NCBI RefSeq assembly: GCF_001194135.2
Contig: NC_068998.1
Coordinates: 11,446,315-11,495,433 of the forward strand
DNA from: Octopus bimaculoides
Taxonomy: Eukaryota
Direction of reading: 5' to 3'
DNA length: 49,119 bases
Part shown: in pieces, positions 38,425 through 46,356 of the stretch
How positions within the stretch are numbered: the first letter of the stretch is position 1
Layout: each line of letters begins with the position of its first letter
Made by a program: the position numbers and the translations under genes
Notes under the pieces: model-generated
Told to the model about the DNA's origin: nothing
What the model saw: the letters and a program-made list of their open reading frames with translations, nothing else
Database searches by the model: none

Positions 38425-38842
38425 CGTAGGAGTGGCTATGTGGTAAGTAGTTCCGGGTTCAGTCCCACTGCATGGCACTTTCTGAAGCATCTAGACACTT
38501 TTTTTAAGGCAAAGAAAACTATCTGTTCCAAAACCAAGGTCAAAACTGAATTCAAGGATTTATTGGCATCAAAACCTTTGGATTTTTATTGAAGAAGCAT
38601 AAATGACTTTGTTAATCAATGGGAGAAATGCATAACAATTTAGGGATCACATTTTGAGTAATTAAACCTTTGAATAAGTTCAGTTTTTGAAGAATATAGG
38701 CTTATTTTTAAAATTGGCCATTATTTTCTGAACAACCTAATATAAATCGATTTTTAATGTCCTTGTTTTATATTCAATATAGCTATTGAGTTTCATTTAA
38801 TTATAAATATTTTATTTTCCTTTACCTCCAGATGATCCATAA
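6377..38842 (+). CDS. PSTPIP1/2-like: Multi-exon PSTPIP1/2-like F-BAR (FCH) domain protein, 5'-incomplete; join(6377-6477,14762-14836,19619-19760,20658-20720,26020-26121,27383-27428,28403-28482,29501-29599,31764-31860,32965-33096,38832-38842)
   Basis: All 11 exons have polypyrimidine+AG acceptors and GT donors, and phases chain without a stop (948 nt = 315 aa + TAA). The translation follows the PSTPIP F-BAR layout: [37 protein letters not shown] ... [22 protein letters not shown] ... [22 protein letters not shown]...TGSTRP. Recognised by eye, no database search; PSTPIP1 vs PSTPIP2 orthology is not resolved. Confidence 0.88.
8265..8778 (-). mobile_element. SINE family A (N-gap in the central microsatellite)
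   Basis: Same consensus, low divergence. Confidence 0.9.
9516..9800. mobile_element. hAT (Charlie-like) MITE
   Basis: TIRs cagtggttcacaacc / ggttgagaacccctg; perfect 8-bp TSD atttatac at 9508-9515 and 9801-9808. Confidence 0.9.
10097..10480 (-). mobile_element. tRNA-derived SINE family B, full length
   Basis: Pol III A box (tggtccagtgg) and B box (ggtttcgattccc) on the minus strand; 13-bp TSD aaacaactgtatt at 10084-10096 and 10481-10493. Confidence 0.92.
10620..11190 (+). mobile_element. Highly decayed R4/Dong-like (RLE) LINE RT fragment
   Basis: NHLLCVDDL (RT YxDD region), [12 protein letters not shown] and [11 protein letters not shown]-like remnants with many stops. Confidence 0.55.
12168..12388. 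mobile_element. piggyBac-type MITE
   Basis: TTAA|ccctttag ... ctaaaggg|TTAA. Confidence 0.85.
13325..13685 (+). repeat. Near-perfect fold-back: 164-bp inverted arms (13325-13488 / 13522-13685) with a 33-nt loop
   Basis: Direct reverse-complement comparison found 3 mismatches in 164 bp. Confidence 0.95.
13483..13540 (+). ncRNA. Putative minimal type I hammerhead ribozyme core (Penelope-like-element type)
   Basis: CUGAAGA at 13490-13496; stem II closed by G13497-C13521 with an inner GGCCA/UGGCU helix; GAAA at 13522-13525; stem III A-C-[GUAC]-G-U, then A13533 (GUA cleavage triplet); imperfect stem I between GUUUCU and AGUGAC. Confidence 0.5.
13940..14350 (+). mobile_element. 'Tail + hairpin' element copy 1 (tail ~13940-14064; arms ~14065-14202 / 14213-14350)
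   Basis: ~138-bp inverted arms; tail agggtaaaaaattggatattaattaatatcaatttaataccagg resembles the tails at 16583 and 21262-21362. Strand is arbitrary. Confidence 0.75.
14762..14836 (+). CDS. PSTPIP1/2-like: F-BAR gene exon B (75 nt, phase 2/2): (L)[24 protein letters not shown](G)
   Basis: ctcctttttgcttcag| acceptor, |gtaagt donor; FCH A.IE.EY.K.L motif. Confidence 0.9.
16583..16876 (+). mobile_element. 'Tail + hairpin' element copy 2 (arms ~16664-16776 / 16778-16876) with 15-bp TSD
   Basis: atcatagaatcaata occurs at 16568-16582 and 16877-16891; the hairpin centre tgttct-g-agaaca has essentially no loop. Confidence 0.8.
16917..17745 (-). pseudogene. Decayed mariner (DD34D-type) transposase with one terminal repeat
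   Basis: Minus-strand translation with stops and frameshifts: ...[21 protein letters not shown]...FLTQDECWV...GIVFIDYF...VLFHEDNAP...[26 protein letters not shown]...[12 protein letters not shown]; TA|caagggttggctgaaaagttc end at 16915-16937. Confidence 0.9.
17748..18150 (-). mobile_element. SINE family A
   Basis: Same consensus; abuts and truncates the mariner remnant. Confidence 0.9.
18620..19036 (+). mobile_element. SINE family A
   Basis: aggagtggctgtgtggtaagtagc head through the (gtaaaaga)n tail. Confidence 0.9.
19619..19760 (+). CDS. PSTPIP1/2-like: F-BAR gene exon C (142 nt, phase 2/0): (G)[47 protein letters not shown]
   Basis: ttcttttctctag| acceptor, |gtgagt donor; F-BAR helix with the W...K......A..H..L pattern. 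Confidence 0.9.
20658..20720 (+). CDS. PSTPIP1/2-like: F-BAR gene exon D (63 nt, phase 0/0): [21 protein letters not shown]
   Basis: Long (TTTC)n tract then cttgtag| acceptor, |gtaagt donor; fills the expected segment ending in 'SLY.K..E'. Confidence 0.82.
20791..21010. mobile_element. mariner-derived MITE (same family as 24586-24795, opposite orientation)
   Basis: Shares ttattcaacata / cacacttattg / cttcagtttttctaagc in reverse complement with the 24.6-kb copy; aggaactt-type ends. Confidence 0.65.
21020..21362 (-). mobile_element. 'Tail + hairpin' element copy 3, reverse orientation (arms ~21022-21105 / 21167-21256; tail ~21262-21362)
   Basis: Arms share aataagagga..gacca..aa.gtgga.tc and atatgttctc with copy 2; the tail is the reverse complement of the copy 2 tail (ccactggttt...attaatttctaccctc). 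Confidence 0.75.
21372..21766 (+). mobile_element. SINE family A
   Basis: Full head-to-tail match to the consensus. Confidence 0.9.
22905..23029. repeat. (TG)n/(TA)n/(CA)n compound microsatellite bordering a 792-nt N gap
   Basis: Directly visible. Similar microsatellites occur throughout, e.g. 400-510, 1565-1715, 3465-3620, 15040-15200, 26250-26360, 32510-32800, 42290-42372 and 43380-43740. Confidence 0.95.
23980..24191. mobile_element. Tc1/mariner MITE with an internal ~85-bp tandem duplication
   Basis: TA|cagggtgtccacaaagtctg ... cagactttatggacaccctg|TA; catggggattaacacat...ctccatgtaccc occurs twice. Confidence 0.85.
24586..24795. mobile_element. mariner-derived MITE
   Basis: Imperfect TIRs caaggggtgccaaaaaagttcctgg / ccaggaagtttacagccccacc. 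Confidence 0.65.
25525..25975. mobile_element. Tail-to-tail pair of SINE A 3' halves (+ ~25525-25742; - ~25748-25975)
   Basis: ...ctgaaacaaataaaagaaagaatgt|ctactcttttactc...ttgtttcagtcatttgactgc; the two halves are reverse complements of each other. Confidence 0.88.
26020..26121 (+). CDS. PSTPIP1/2-like: F-BAR gene exon E (102 nt, phase 0/0): [34 protein letters not shown]
   Basis: tttttttgttttgtcag| acceptor, AAG|gtaaat donor; matches the K.Y.QK...EK wing-helix pattern. Confidence 0.85.
26873..27242 (+). mobile_element. SINE family A
   Basis: Consensus match, moderately diverged. Confidence 0.85.
27383..27428 (+). CDS. PSTPIP1/2-like: F-BAR gene exon F (46 nt, phase 0/1): [15 protein letters not shown](D)
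   Basis: ttctctctttgcag| acceptor, G|gtgagt donor; phase fits both neighbours. Confidence 0.85.
27737..28150 (+). mobile_element. SINE family A
   Basis: Consensus match. Confidence 0.85.
28403..28482 (+). CDS. PSTPIP1/2-like: F-BAR gene exon G (80 nt, phase 1/0): (D)[26 protein letters not shown]
   Basis: catttatttcag| acceptor, |gtaagt donor; Y...V..LE...W pattern. Confidence 0.88.
29050..29230 (-). mobile_element. LINE 3' end with (TAA)n tail, probably R4-like
   Basis: Minus strand ...tctcttgaggtctctgggtgagactcggatcc...gcaaaagtcaaacataaaataataat; clade assignment is from memory. Confidence 0.45.
29501..29599 (+). CDS. PSTPIP1/2-like: F-BAR gene exon H (99 nt, phase 0/0): [33 protein letters not shown]
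   Basis: tttcttccag| acceptor, AAG|gtaaga donor; hallmark FQ.LEEER...RN.LW motif. Confidence 0.92.
29880..30082 (-). mobile_element. tRNA-derived SINE (family F head)
   Basis: Minus strand ggagatgcatggcgtagtgattaagg..ggtttcgattcctg..ttcttgagcaaaacacttcatttcatgttgctccagtccactcagctg; related pieces at ~19800-19920 and 47755-47880. Confidence 0.7.
30085..30400 (-). mobile_element. Degenerate RTE LINE fragment (region C-terminal to RT)
   Basis: Minus strand reads [21 protein letters not shown]...KKFSEL, resembling the RTE 'LEVV..F.YLG' motif. Confidence 0.6.
31275..31540 (+). mobile_element. Retroelement 3' end with (AAT)n tail
   Basis: GC-rich body ending gcactgctctctcactcaat followed by the repeat tail; a short reverse-complement fragment lies at ~29030. 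Confidence 0.55.
31764..31860 (+). CDS. PSTPIP1/2-like: F-BAR gene exon I (97 nt, phase 0/1): [32 protein letters not shown](A)
   Basis: tttgttttgcag| acceptor, G|gtaggg donor; hallmark YE.VR..LE.C....DI..FI....TG..P motif. Confidence 0.92.
32116..32490 (+). mobile_element. SINE family B
   Basis: Same body as the 10097 copy; TSD atatgtctg at 32107-32115 and 32491-32499. Confidence 0.9.
32965..33096 (+). CDS. PSTPIP1/2-like: F-BAR gene exon J (132 nt, phase 1/1): (A)[43 protein letters not shown](D)
   Basis: Long T-rich tract then ttag| acceptor, G|gtaagt donor; open in the required phase; begins with the post-F-BAR 'P..Y..Y' segment. Confidence 0.8.
34998..35373 (+). mobile_element. SINE family B
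   Basis: ggaggcgcaatggcccagtgg head; TSD attgtgattat at 34987-34997 and 35374-35384. Confidence 0.92.
36533..36875 (+). mobile_element. SINE family A with the central microsatellite segment deleted
   Basis: gaaagaagccc joins directly to agtgctggtgtgtttatg. Confidence 0.85.
37286..37972. mobile_element. MITE with ~100-bp imperfect TIRs and a probable 8-bp TSD; superfamily unassigned
   Basis: ggcatacctacacacatgtgcccc ... ggggcacaattgtgtaggtatgcc; flanks tattgctt / cattgctt. Confidence 0.75.
38832..38842 (+). CDS. PSTPIP1/2-like: Probable last coding micro-exon (D)DP-stop; full exon 38832-38863
   Basis: ttttatttcctttacctccag| acceptor, TAA at 38840-38842, CAG|gtaaaa donor after 38863. Confidence 0.6.
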
Positions 38843-38892
38843 TGGGATGTGAATGTTCACCAGGTAAAATATTTTGACTAATTATTTCTGTT

Positions 38893-39125
38893 ATTCTTTT
38901 ACTTGTTTCAGTCATTTGACTGCAGCCATGCTGGAGCACTGCCTTGGAGAGTTTTTTAGTCAAGCAAATTGACCCCAGGACTTATTTTTTTAAAAACCTG
39001 GTAGTTATTCTATTGGCCTCTTTCACTGAACCACTAAGTTAACAGGGATGTAGACACACCAACACCGGTTGTCGAGCGGTGATGGGAGGAAAAAACACAG
39101 ACACAAAGACACACACACACACACA
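38893..39125 (-). mobile_element. SINE family A 3' half, in the putative 3' UTR intron
   Basis: ttacttgtttcagtcatttgactgcagccatgctggagcac... Confidence 0.8.
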
Positions 39126-39324
39126 TAGATATATACATATCAACAACTGTTGAAGAGGTTGTAAGAAGCAATGAAAATTTTAGAAAAGAAAAATGAAATA
39201 AATAAGTAAATGAGTGAAAATTGAACTAGAGTGTGTTGCTGCTTGGACAACCTTGCTTGGACTTGTGCCTCAGAGGGTAACTTTTTAGGTGCAATCCCAT
39301 GGTCAGTCATGACCAAAGGGGTGT

Positions 39325-39356
<32 letters not shown>

Positions 39357-39814
39357 NNNNNNNNNNTTCTGATGGTAGACTATCTGTCATGTTTACAGAA
39401 GATGTGGGTTCAAATTTCACAGGCAACCTTCTATCTTTTTCTCTCCAAAGCATTTTTAACCCAATATTTACACGCTGTTATTTATAGCTTTATAAAGACA
39501 GCAATTTGGTAGGCAACTGCTTAGTGGCATTTCTTCTGCCTCTATATGTTCAGGGTTCAAATTCTGCTGGGGTCAATTTTACCTCCCATTTTTACAAGGT
39601 CCATAAAATAAGTACTACTCAAGTACTGGGGCCAATATAATTGACAAGGCCTCTCCATCTGTAACTGTTGGCCTTGTCCCAAAACTTGAAGCATTTATTC
39701 ATAGATTTACCTCCTTTGAGTTATACCAATAAAAACAAATTATTTCATGTTCTCTCAAAGTTCTTGAATTCTTATGACATAAAACAAATAATTGTTTTTT
39801 TCTTTTCTTTACAG

Positions 39815-40360
39815 ACCATTAAATGGAAGTTTGCGGTCATGTAATAGCAGTGGATGCTTGAGAATTCTTTATGTGATATACTGATATATTTGTCCATGAA
39901 GATAGCTTGCATTTTGTCAAGTCTTCTATTTTTAACTTGAATACTTTTTAAACTTTGAAATCAGGATTAACTTTTGTGAAGTGTGCAATGAGAATCATTT
40001 TTACCATTCCCATCATTTGTGAAGCATCAGATCAATGTTGCCATCGTTAGACAGGATGAACCTATCATTATACCATTATTTCATTTATAGATCCTTACTT
40101 AATATCCTAGAAATCAGAAAATATATTGTTACCAAACATGACTCATCAGTGACAATCTATTAAAATAATTACCTCTTGGGTTTAATTTTTTAATTTTTAT
40201 TATTATTTTATTTTTTTTTGCATCTAATTCCTTTTTTTTGTTTGAGGGTTTTTAATAATTTTGCAATGTTGGGAAATTTTGTTTTGTTTTCATATTTGTT
40301 TTGCATTTAATTCAATCTTTCCGTTGTAAATAAAAACGTAATTACTGTTGTATCAGGGTT
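39815..40360 (+). other. Probable terminal 3' UTR exon of the F-BAR gene, with candidate polyA signal AATAAA at 40329-40334
   Basis: Strong acceptor ttttttcttttctttacag| ending at 39814; repeat-free AT-rich sequence; AATAAA followed by T/G-rich bases. The 3' end is approximate. Confidence 0.5.
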
Positions 40361-41224
40361 AATACAATTAATCCTACCGTGTTTATATTTTCACAGATTC
40401 TGTAGGAAATAATCTTCATGAATAACGTCAACTTCTTCAGTTAATATATATTAGAATATTTGTTGTGCATATTGACATAAAAACAGAACAAAACCTAGTG
40501 ATCTAAATATTTCTTCACATTTATTATTGCCGATTCAGCTGAACAAAACAAACATCACTATCCATTAGCGTGAGAAGGCAATCATTTCTCTCTATTTTAA
40601 AATGCTTCCATTAACTCTTTTATAACACTAACTCGACTGAATGTTATTCTCTACTGATTAAAAAGACATCTAAGAACAATTTTGAAAAAAAAAAAAAATC
40701 TTTTAGCCAGTAATTAAGTTGTTTATAACTAGCGTGATGTGGTAGAACACCAATATCAAACAGTATGCTATCCTTGTTTTGAGGTATGGAAGGAGTGGGG
40801 AAGGAGACATGGAGTGGTGGGGGGAGTACATTGTCATGTATAAATAGTATGAAGATTGGTTGCTGTTTTTTTTTTGTTGTCTTTTTCCTGTTCCTGTAGA
40901 TTGTAGTTACTGCAGTCAACAGTATCATATTATAGTGGTAGTTAGTTATGTTAGGTAAAAAAAGGAGGTGAAGGAATGTTTTTTTTTTGTTTATTGTTAT
41001 TAATTCCATTTGTGTATAAATTAATTCTGTTCTGAACCACTTTGGGAATCAAAGTCCTGGATTTCTTACATTTCTCTTGGTTTGCTTTTGTCTTGAAAAG
41101 AAAGCTTTCATGCTTGTTATACTGGAGTAAGACAACATCGTTTGAAGGATCATTTTCATTAGCATGTATTTCAAATTTGGACTGTTGTTGCTGGCAACTC
41201 ATCCTGAACAAAAGAACTCTGGCA

Positions 41225-41410
41225 CTAGTTTCTATTAGTTGTGGGTGAAGGGGACAAACTACTGTAATTTCCCCTGTTCGTCTTCATTGCTGATAAAAGT
41301 TGCTCTGCCTTCAGAAACTCAACAACATTTGTGGAGTCCTTAACAGTTGGAGAACAAATAGTTTGTCTTCTTTCTGGTAGGAATGAGTCAGATTCTTTGC
41401 TGGTTTGTGT
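41225..41410 (-). CDS. Candidate terminal coding exon of a convergent gene (61 aa + TAG): TQTSKESDSFLPERRQTICSPTVKDSTNVVEFLKAEQLLSAMKTNRGNYSSLSPSPTTNRN
   Basis: Minus-strand acceptor gtcttctgctacag|, a stop-free 62-codon frame that is closed just upstream of the acceptor, higher GC than its flanks, and a repeat-free downstream region with minus-strand AATAAA (plus tttatt 40990-40995). No homology verified. Confidence 0.4.
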   Translation of the reverse strand, partial: TQTSKESDSFLPERRQTICSPTVKDSTNVVEFLKAEQLLSAMKTNRGNYSSLSPSPTTNRN

Positions 41411-42498
41411 CTGTAGCAGAAGACATCATAAATCATAGACATTCCCAAACATATCCAGTCACTCCTAGTCCTCGAAATGGAAAGTGTTTATTTTTAACAA
41501 AATACTGAAGTTATTAGACCGTCCTATTAACACTTTCATATTAATGTCCATATATAAAAATGCTGGAATTCATTATAATAATTCAGAATGTTGGCATGAC
41601 CCAGGCAAGTCCTAGTCTATTGTTTGAAAATATATTCAAAAGAGAAAAACAAAAACCAAAAAAAAAAAAAACCAAAAAAAAAAAAAACTAAAAATATACA
41701 AAAATTGAGACATAGACCCTTATTTTTATGAAGACGTAATATAAGAAAGTTGTTTATAAATACCAAATGATAATATTCTGTTAACTTGTTCCTCGTCTCA
41801 CTATTATCTCTGTATCATCACCATCAGTTAATTTTTGTTGTTCTAGTTGCTTCTGTGTGTTCATAATACTGGTTCCAGATAATCATTTTGTGAAAGTCAT
41901 TTTACAAATCTTAACATGTGTGGTTGATTATATGACGACATTGCATTATAGCTTTGTAACATGGTCTCTACAATTTATAAATTGTTTATCATGAATTATT
42001 TTATTCTTCCACTACCAATTATTCTGGTTCACCTGTCTCTAGGTCTGAGACGCTTTGGCACAGCTGTTTTGGTGTTGCTTATTTGGCATCACTGATTTGA
42101 TGCTGACTTATTTGACATCAGACATTTTAGTCTTTCTCTCCTTCTCCCCCCCCTCTCTCTCTGTTTATGTGTGTGACCATCTAGTTATGTTTATATATGT
42201 AATACCTTTCTTTTCCTCTTTCCCACTGTTTATAAGGAGAAACAACATGTTTATGTCAATCATATTCAATTAATAAATTATGTCTCTTCCGGCCTCTCTC
42301 TCTCTCTCTCTCTCCCTCTCTCTCCCTCTCTCTCTCTCTCCCTCTCTCTCTCTCTCCCTCTCTCTCTCTCTCCATCTATTTCATTCTTTCCATCTGTATG
42401 TGTATATTTCTATATGCACATACGTATGTTTGACTCCCAGCTCCAAAATGCCCAGGCGCCAAAACAAGCTGAATGTCTACCAGGTTGTCTCATTCCAC

Positions 42499-42554
42499 CT
42501 GTCTCTTTCTTCTTAATGTTGTTACGACTGTTCTGTATATCATTTCTCCAATTA
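42499..42554 (-). CDS. Candidate penultimate exon of the convergent gene (56 nt, phase 1/0): (x)IGEMIYRTVVTTLRRKRQ
   Basis: Minus-strand acceptor tatatttctatgtcag|; the donor CAG|gtggaa is weak. Its phase joins the 41410 exon in frame. An alternative donor |gtatgt at 42423 gives a 131-nt exon in another frame. Confidence 0.25.
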
Positions 42555-43686
42555 CTGACATAGAAATATATAAATTCATAAATAAATATACATTTTAATA
42601 ACAACTACAACAACAGCTACAAAATGAAAAAAAAAAAAGGAAATGGAACTTAAGGCAGTATAAAATGGTAATTCTGCTTATTACTGTTGTAACCGAAAAA
42701 CTATCAATGCATGAGTAAAAAAAACTTATATAAAAGTATATTGAATTATACCGAAACTAAAATTCTACTTATATTAAAACCAACTATACTGAAAAATACT
42801 GGTGTGGATTTCAAAATATCTCACTAAAATAATGAAATGAGAAGGTTAATGTTGTATTGAGAGAACTCCTATATTAAAACAACATGAGTGGATATGAAAT
42901 TACACATGTTATTGTTTGGGGTTTTTTTCTTAAAAAGCAAAAGAAAATTCCTTTTAGACTCAGTCTTATTTTTTAAACCAAATATTTTCAGACAGTTCTG
43001 TTTACTGCTAATAGTAGGCAACTGAAGCAGGAATACACCTGCGTCTTTTACATTCTATGTGGGCTTTCACAATTGCTGCTTGAAATTATATATTCAAGAC
43101 ATTTCGACAAAGAATTTGGGGGTTTCTAATATTACCCACCCTGCACAAAAAAAAAAAAGAAGAACCCTTATTTTAAAAAGTGAATTGGTGCTGGAAAAAA
43201 AAAATCATTGCTCAAACTAAACTAGTTTGACTAATCTAAGAAATAAATTGTTCCTGTCATTTTTTTTTTTTTTTATATAACACTGCAAATATTTTATGGT
43301 GACAAATGACATTTGCATTTTTTTAGTTGATTTAGTTATTTTATTGTCCAGTATAATCCCCTACTTACACCCACCTCTGTCACCATATACATATATATAT
43401 GCGTGTATGAGTATATATACATGCACATGTACATACATATGAATGTGTGTGTGTATGTATGTATATATATATAACCACAAATATGAATACACACTGGAGA
43501 TATCATCATATGAACATATATATATATATATATATATANNNNNNNNNNNNNNNNNNNNNNNNNNNNNNNNNNNNNNNNNNNNNNNNNNNNNNNNNNNNNN
43601 NNNNNNNNNNNNNNNNNNNNATATATGAGCCTATGTGTATGAGTATATACTCAAACATACGTGTATTCAATATGTGTGTATGTATA

Positions 43687-43731
<45 letters not shown>

Positions 43732-44526
43732 GTGTGTGTTTCATTTTTTCTCTCCCTAAATTATCTTCCTTGTGATTTTCTCTTTAGTTATAGAGAAGGA
43801 ACAAAAAGAAGATATAAACAGCAAAATATGGATAACATACAACAAAAAAAAAAAACGTCTATTTCGAATTTGAGGAAGAAATTCAGGGCACAATCAAACG
43901 TTTATTGCTTCACATCAAAAAAGTTACTAACCAAGTTTTCCACATCCTCATCCTTCCAAATGATCTCAAAACTCATTTTTATCATCTGGTCTCCTGACAG
44001 AAGCCTATTTTGTCCCCGGACTATCAAATCTATTGCATAAGTTGTTTACTTAAAGTTTAATAGCTCTTTCTGTCCACATAAACAACTCCCCTATATCTTC
44101 CTCAACATTATATATATATAAAGCAAATAAGAGCTATGCAATAAATTAGTTTCAAAGATTATCTTCTGTTCTTCTTCCATTTGTTGTTATTGTTTTTTGT
44201 TCTTCACTTTTTAAGCAGACATCACATTTTGGTTTGTTTTTATCTTTCAGATATTCAACGGAAGTGAAATTAACTAACAAAAACGTTTCTGTTTATAAAT
44301 AGGATTAAGCATACAACCTCTCTTTCTCTCTTACTATTCATTTGTCTTCTTTCTTTCTACGTATGTATGTTTGTTCTCTTTTATTTTTAATTATGTGAAG
44401 TCTTACTGGAAGGAAGGAGCTGGTTTCTCACGATACAAAGCTTCATACTTGGAATATAGATAGCAAAAACAATATCATATTGTGAAATTGAGAAAAGTCT
44501 TGGATATTTTTAGCTGACAGGTTATA

Positions 44527-44760
44527 CGAAGTGGGTATCAAAATGTTCCCGGACTAGTTGTTTAATAAAAAAATAGCTTATTTATCTATGTTTTAACATC
44601 ATCTCCTTCAAAATAGTCACCTTGCACAGCCAATGCACTGATCTCAGCGTTCCTGCCACTTTTGGAATCCAACCTGGAAGTCGTTTTCGGTAAGCGAGTC
44701 AAGGACCTTCTGTGATTTGCTCTGGATCCCAACAACAATGTTAACACTGAGGAATAACAA
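44527..44760. mobile_element. mariner-type DNA transposon fragment
   Basis: TA|cgaagtgggtatcaaaatgttcccggact end followed by tcaaaatagtcaccttg, typical of the antisense 3' end of a mariner transposase. The 3' boundary is approximate. Confidence 0.55.
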
Positions 44761-45264
44761 GCCTTGCTTAGTTTTGTTGTAAGCATTTAGCCATGTGTGT
44801 GTTGTCTATATCAATGTGTTATAGTGTTACATGTTGTTCTATGCTGAATAAAGCATTCAGTTTCATACACATGCATAATTCAACTAGAAAACACTGCAAC
44901 TTGACCTTGAAGCTACCAAGCTTAGAAAATAAATATTCATTCTTCGCTGAGGGTCTAGTTCATGCTAAGGGTAGTAAATTTAATCAAGTTACAATCTATC
45001 ATCTCTTACTAACAGGAAAGAACAAATGAATTCAAGGAAAACTGTGGTAGTTAATGTCAGCAACAAGCTACACATTCTGTCTGTTCCTCATTAATATACA
45101 AATCACTTAAACCTTATGTCTCTAGTCTATCTGCTGTTTGTCAAAACTACACCTTTTATTCAAATTCACACTGAAAAGTTGATATCTGTGTACATGTTAG
45201 ATTCTGGATAATAGCAGCAAATAATAGTTCAAAATCTCCCTTCTGCATTTTTCAGTCAGTTTAA

Positions 45265-46356
45265 CCCTTTAGCATTTCAACTGACTGTCATCATCATCAT
45301 TTAATGTCCGCTTTCCATGCTAGCATGGGTTAGACAATTTGACTGGGGACTGGCGAACCAGATGGCTACACCAGACTCCAATCTGATCTGGCAGAGTTCC
45401 TACAGCTGGATGCCCTTCCTAACGCCAACCACTCTGAGAGTGTAGTGGGTGCTTTTTACGTGCCACTGGCACGAGGGCCAGTCCAGGTTCATATTAGGTT
45501 CATATTTGCTCCCAACTTTTCAAAGTTCCCCAGCATGTGGTTGACTATTTTGACATAGTTGGTCGCTTTTTTTGTTGTTCAGAAAGTAATTTACAACTGC
45601 TGCTTCAATGCAATACATTGAATTTACAAGGTTCCCAACTTGCATCAATTTTCTGATTTGTGGCCCATCAAATACTCCAGCTTTTAATAATAATGATAAT
45701 AATAATAATAATAATAATGAAATTATTGTATACAGTGCTCAGGTGCACTACAACTTGTCAAAAGTGCATATAAAGCATATACAGTAATGTACAAATGTCT
45801 TGAAAGTGAACAGTATATGAGTCAGATACGTGCTTGCGTGTGTATGGAGGGGAGAAAATCAGGTGTAGTGTTGGCGAATCTCAGGAAGCATGGAAGTTTT
45901 GAAGGATGCAGTCCTCCGACAACTAACAACTGATGCTGGAAGTCTGTTCCATACTTCAGCAACTCTTAGTATGAAAAAGTGTTTCTGAAAGTCATGGGAG
46001 CTGTGCTATTTTCTGACTTTGTAAACATGTCCACAGGTGTTAGACAGGTGGAGTTTGAAAAGGTGCTCAGAGTATTGAACTTCTACTCTATACGATGACA
46101 CTATATGTAGATCTCAGTCTACTTGACTTCCAACAATTAACAATTGTAATTTGAAGTCGAATGGTTAGCAGTAAGAAAGATGTCCAGATTTCTTTAAAAA
46201 TTATTGTGCAAAATATTCTGAGAAAAAGTAATTTTTTTCACCACAACAAAACACACACACACACAAACACATGGACATTAAATGATGATGGTGTTGATGA
46301 TGATGTTGAGAATAAACAAGCATTACATTTGCTAGAGTAATGTAAACACTAAAGGG
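45265..46356. mobile_element. piggyBac-type MITE ends enclosing nested LINE-derived inserts
   Basis: TTAA|ccctttagcatt at 45261 and ctaaaggg|TTAA ending at 46360; the interior has RTE-tailed and CR1 fragments. Pairing of these two ends as one element is inferred. Confidence 0.55.
45690..46150 (-). mobile_element. CR1-type LINE 3' end with (ATT)n tail
   Basis: Minus strand, frameshifted: HFF.LRVAEVWNRLPASVVSCRRTASFKTSMLPEIRQ; the microsatellite tail lies at 45690-45720. Confidence 0.75.

Noticed and set aside
43925-43995. Possible minus-strand exon (G)DQMIKMSFEIIWKDEDVENL with a |gttagt donor
   Set aside because: The acceptor is weak, its phase-0 end meets an immediate TAA at the 42554 acceptor, and it has no recognisable homology.
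44793-45029. 78-aa + strand ORF and a good minus-strand acceptor near 45012
   Set aside because: No homology cues; all frames after the minus-strand acceptor close within a few codons.
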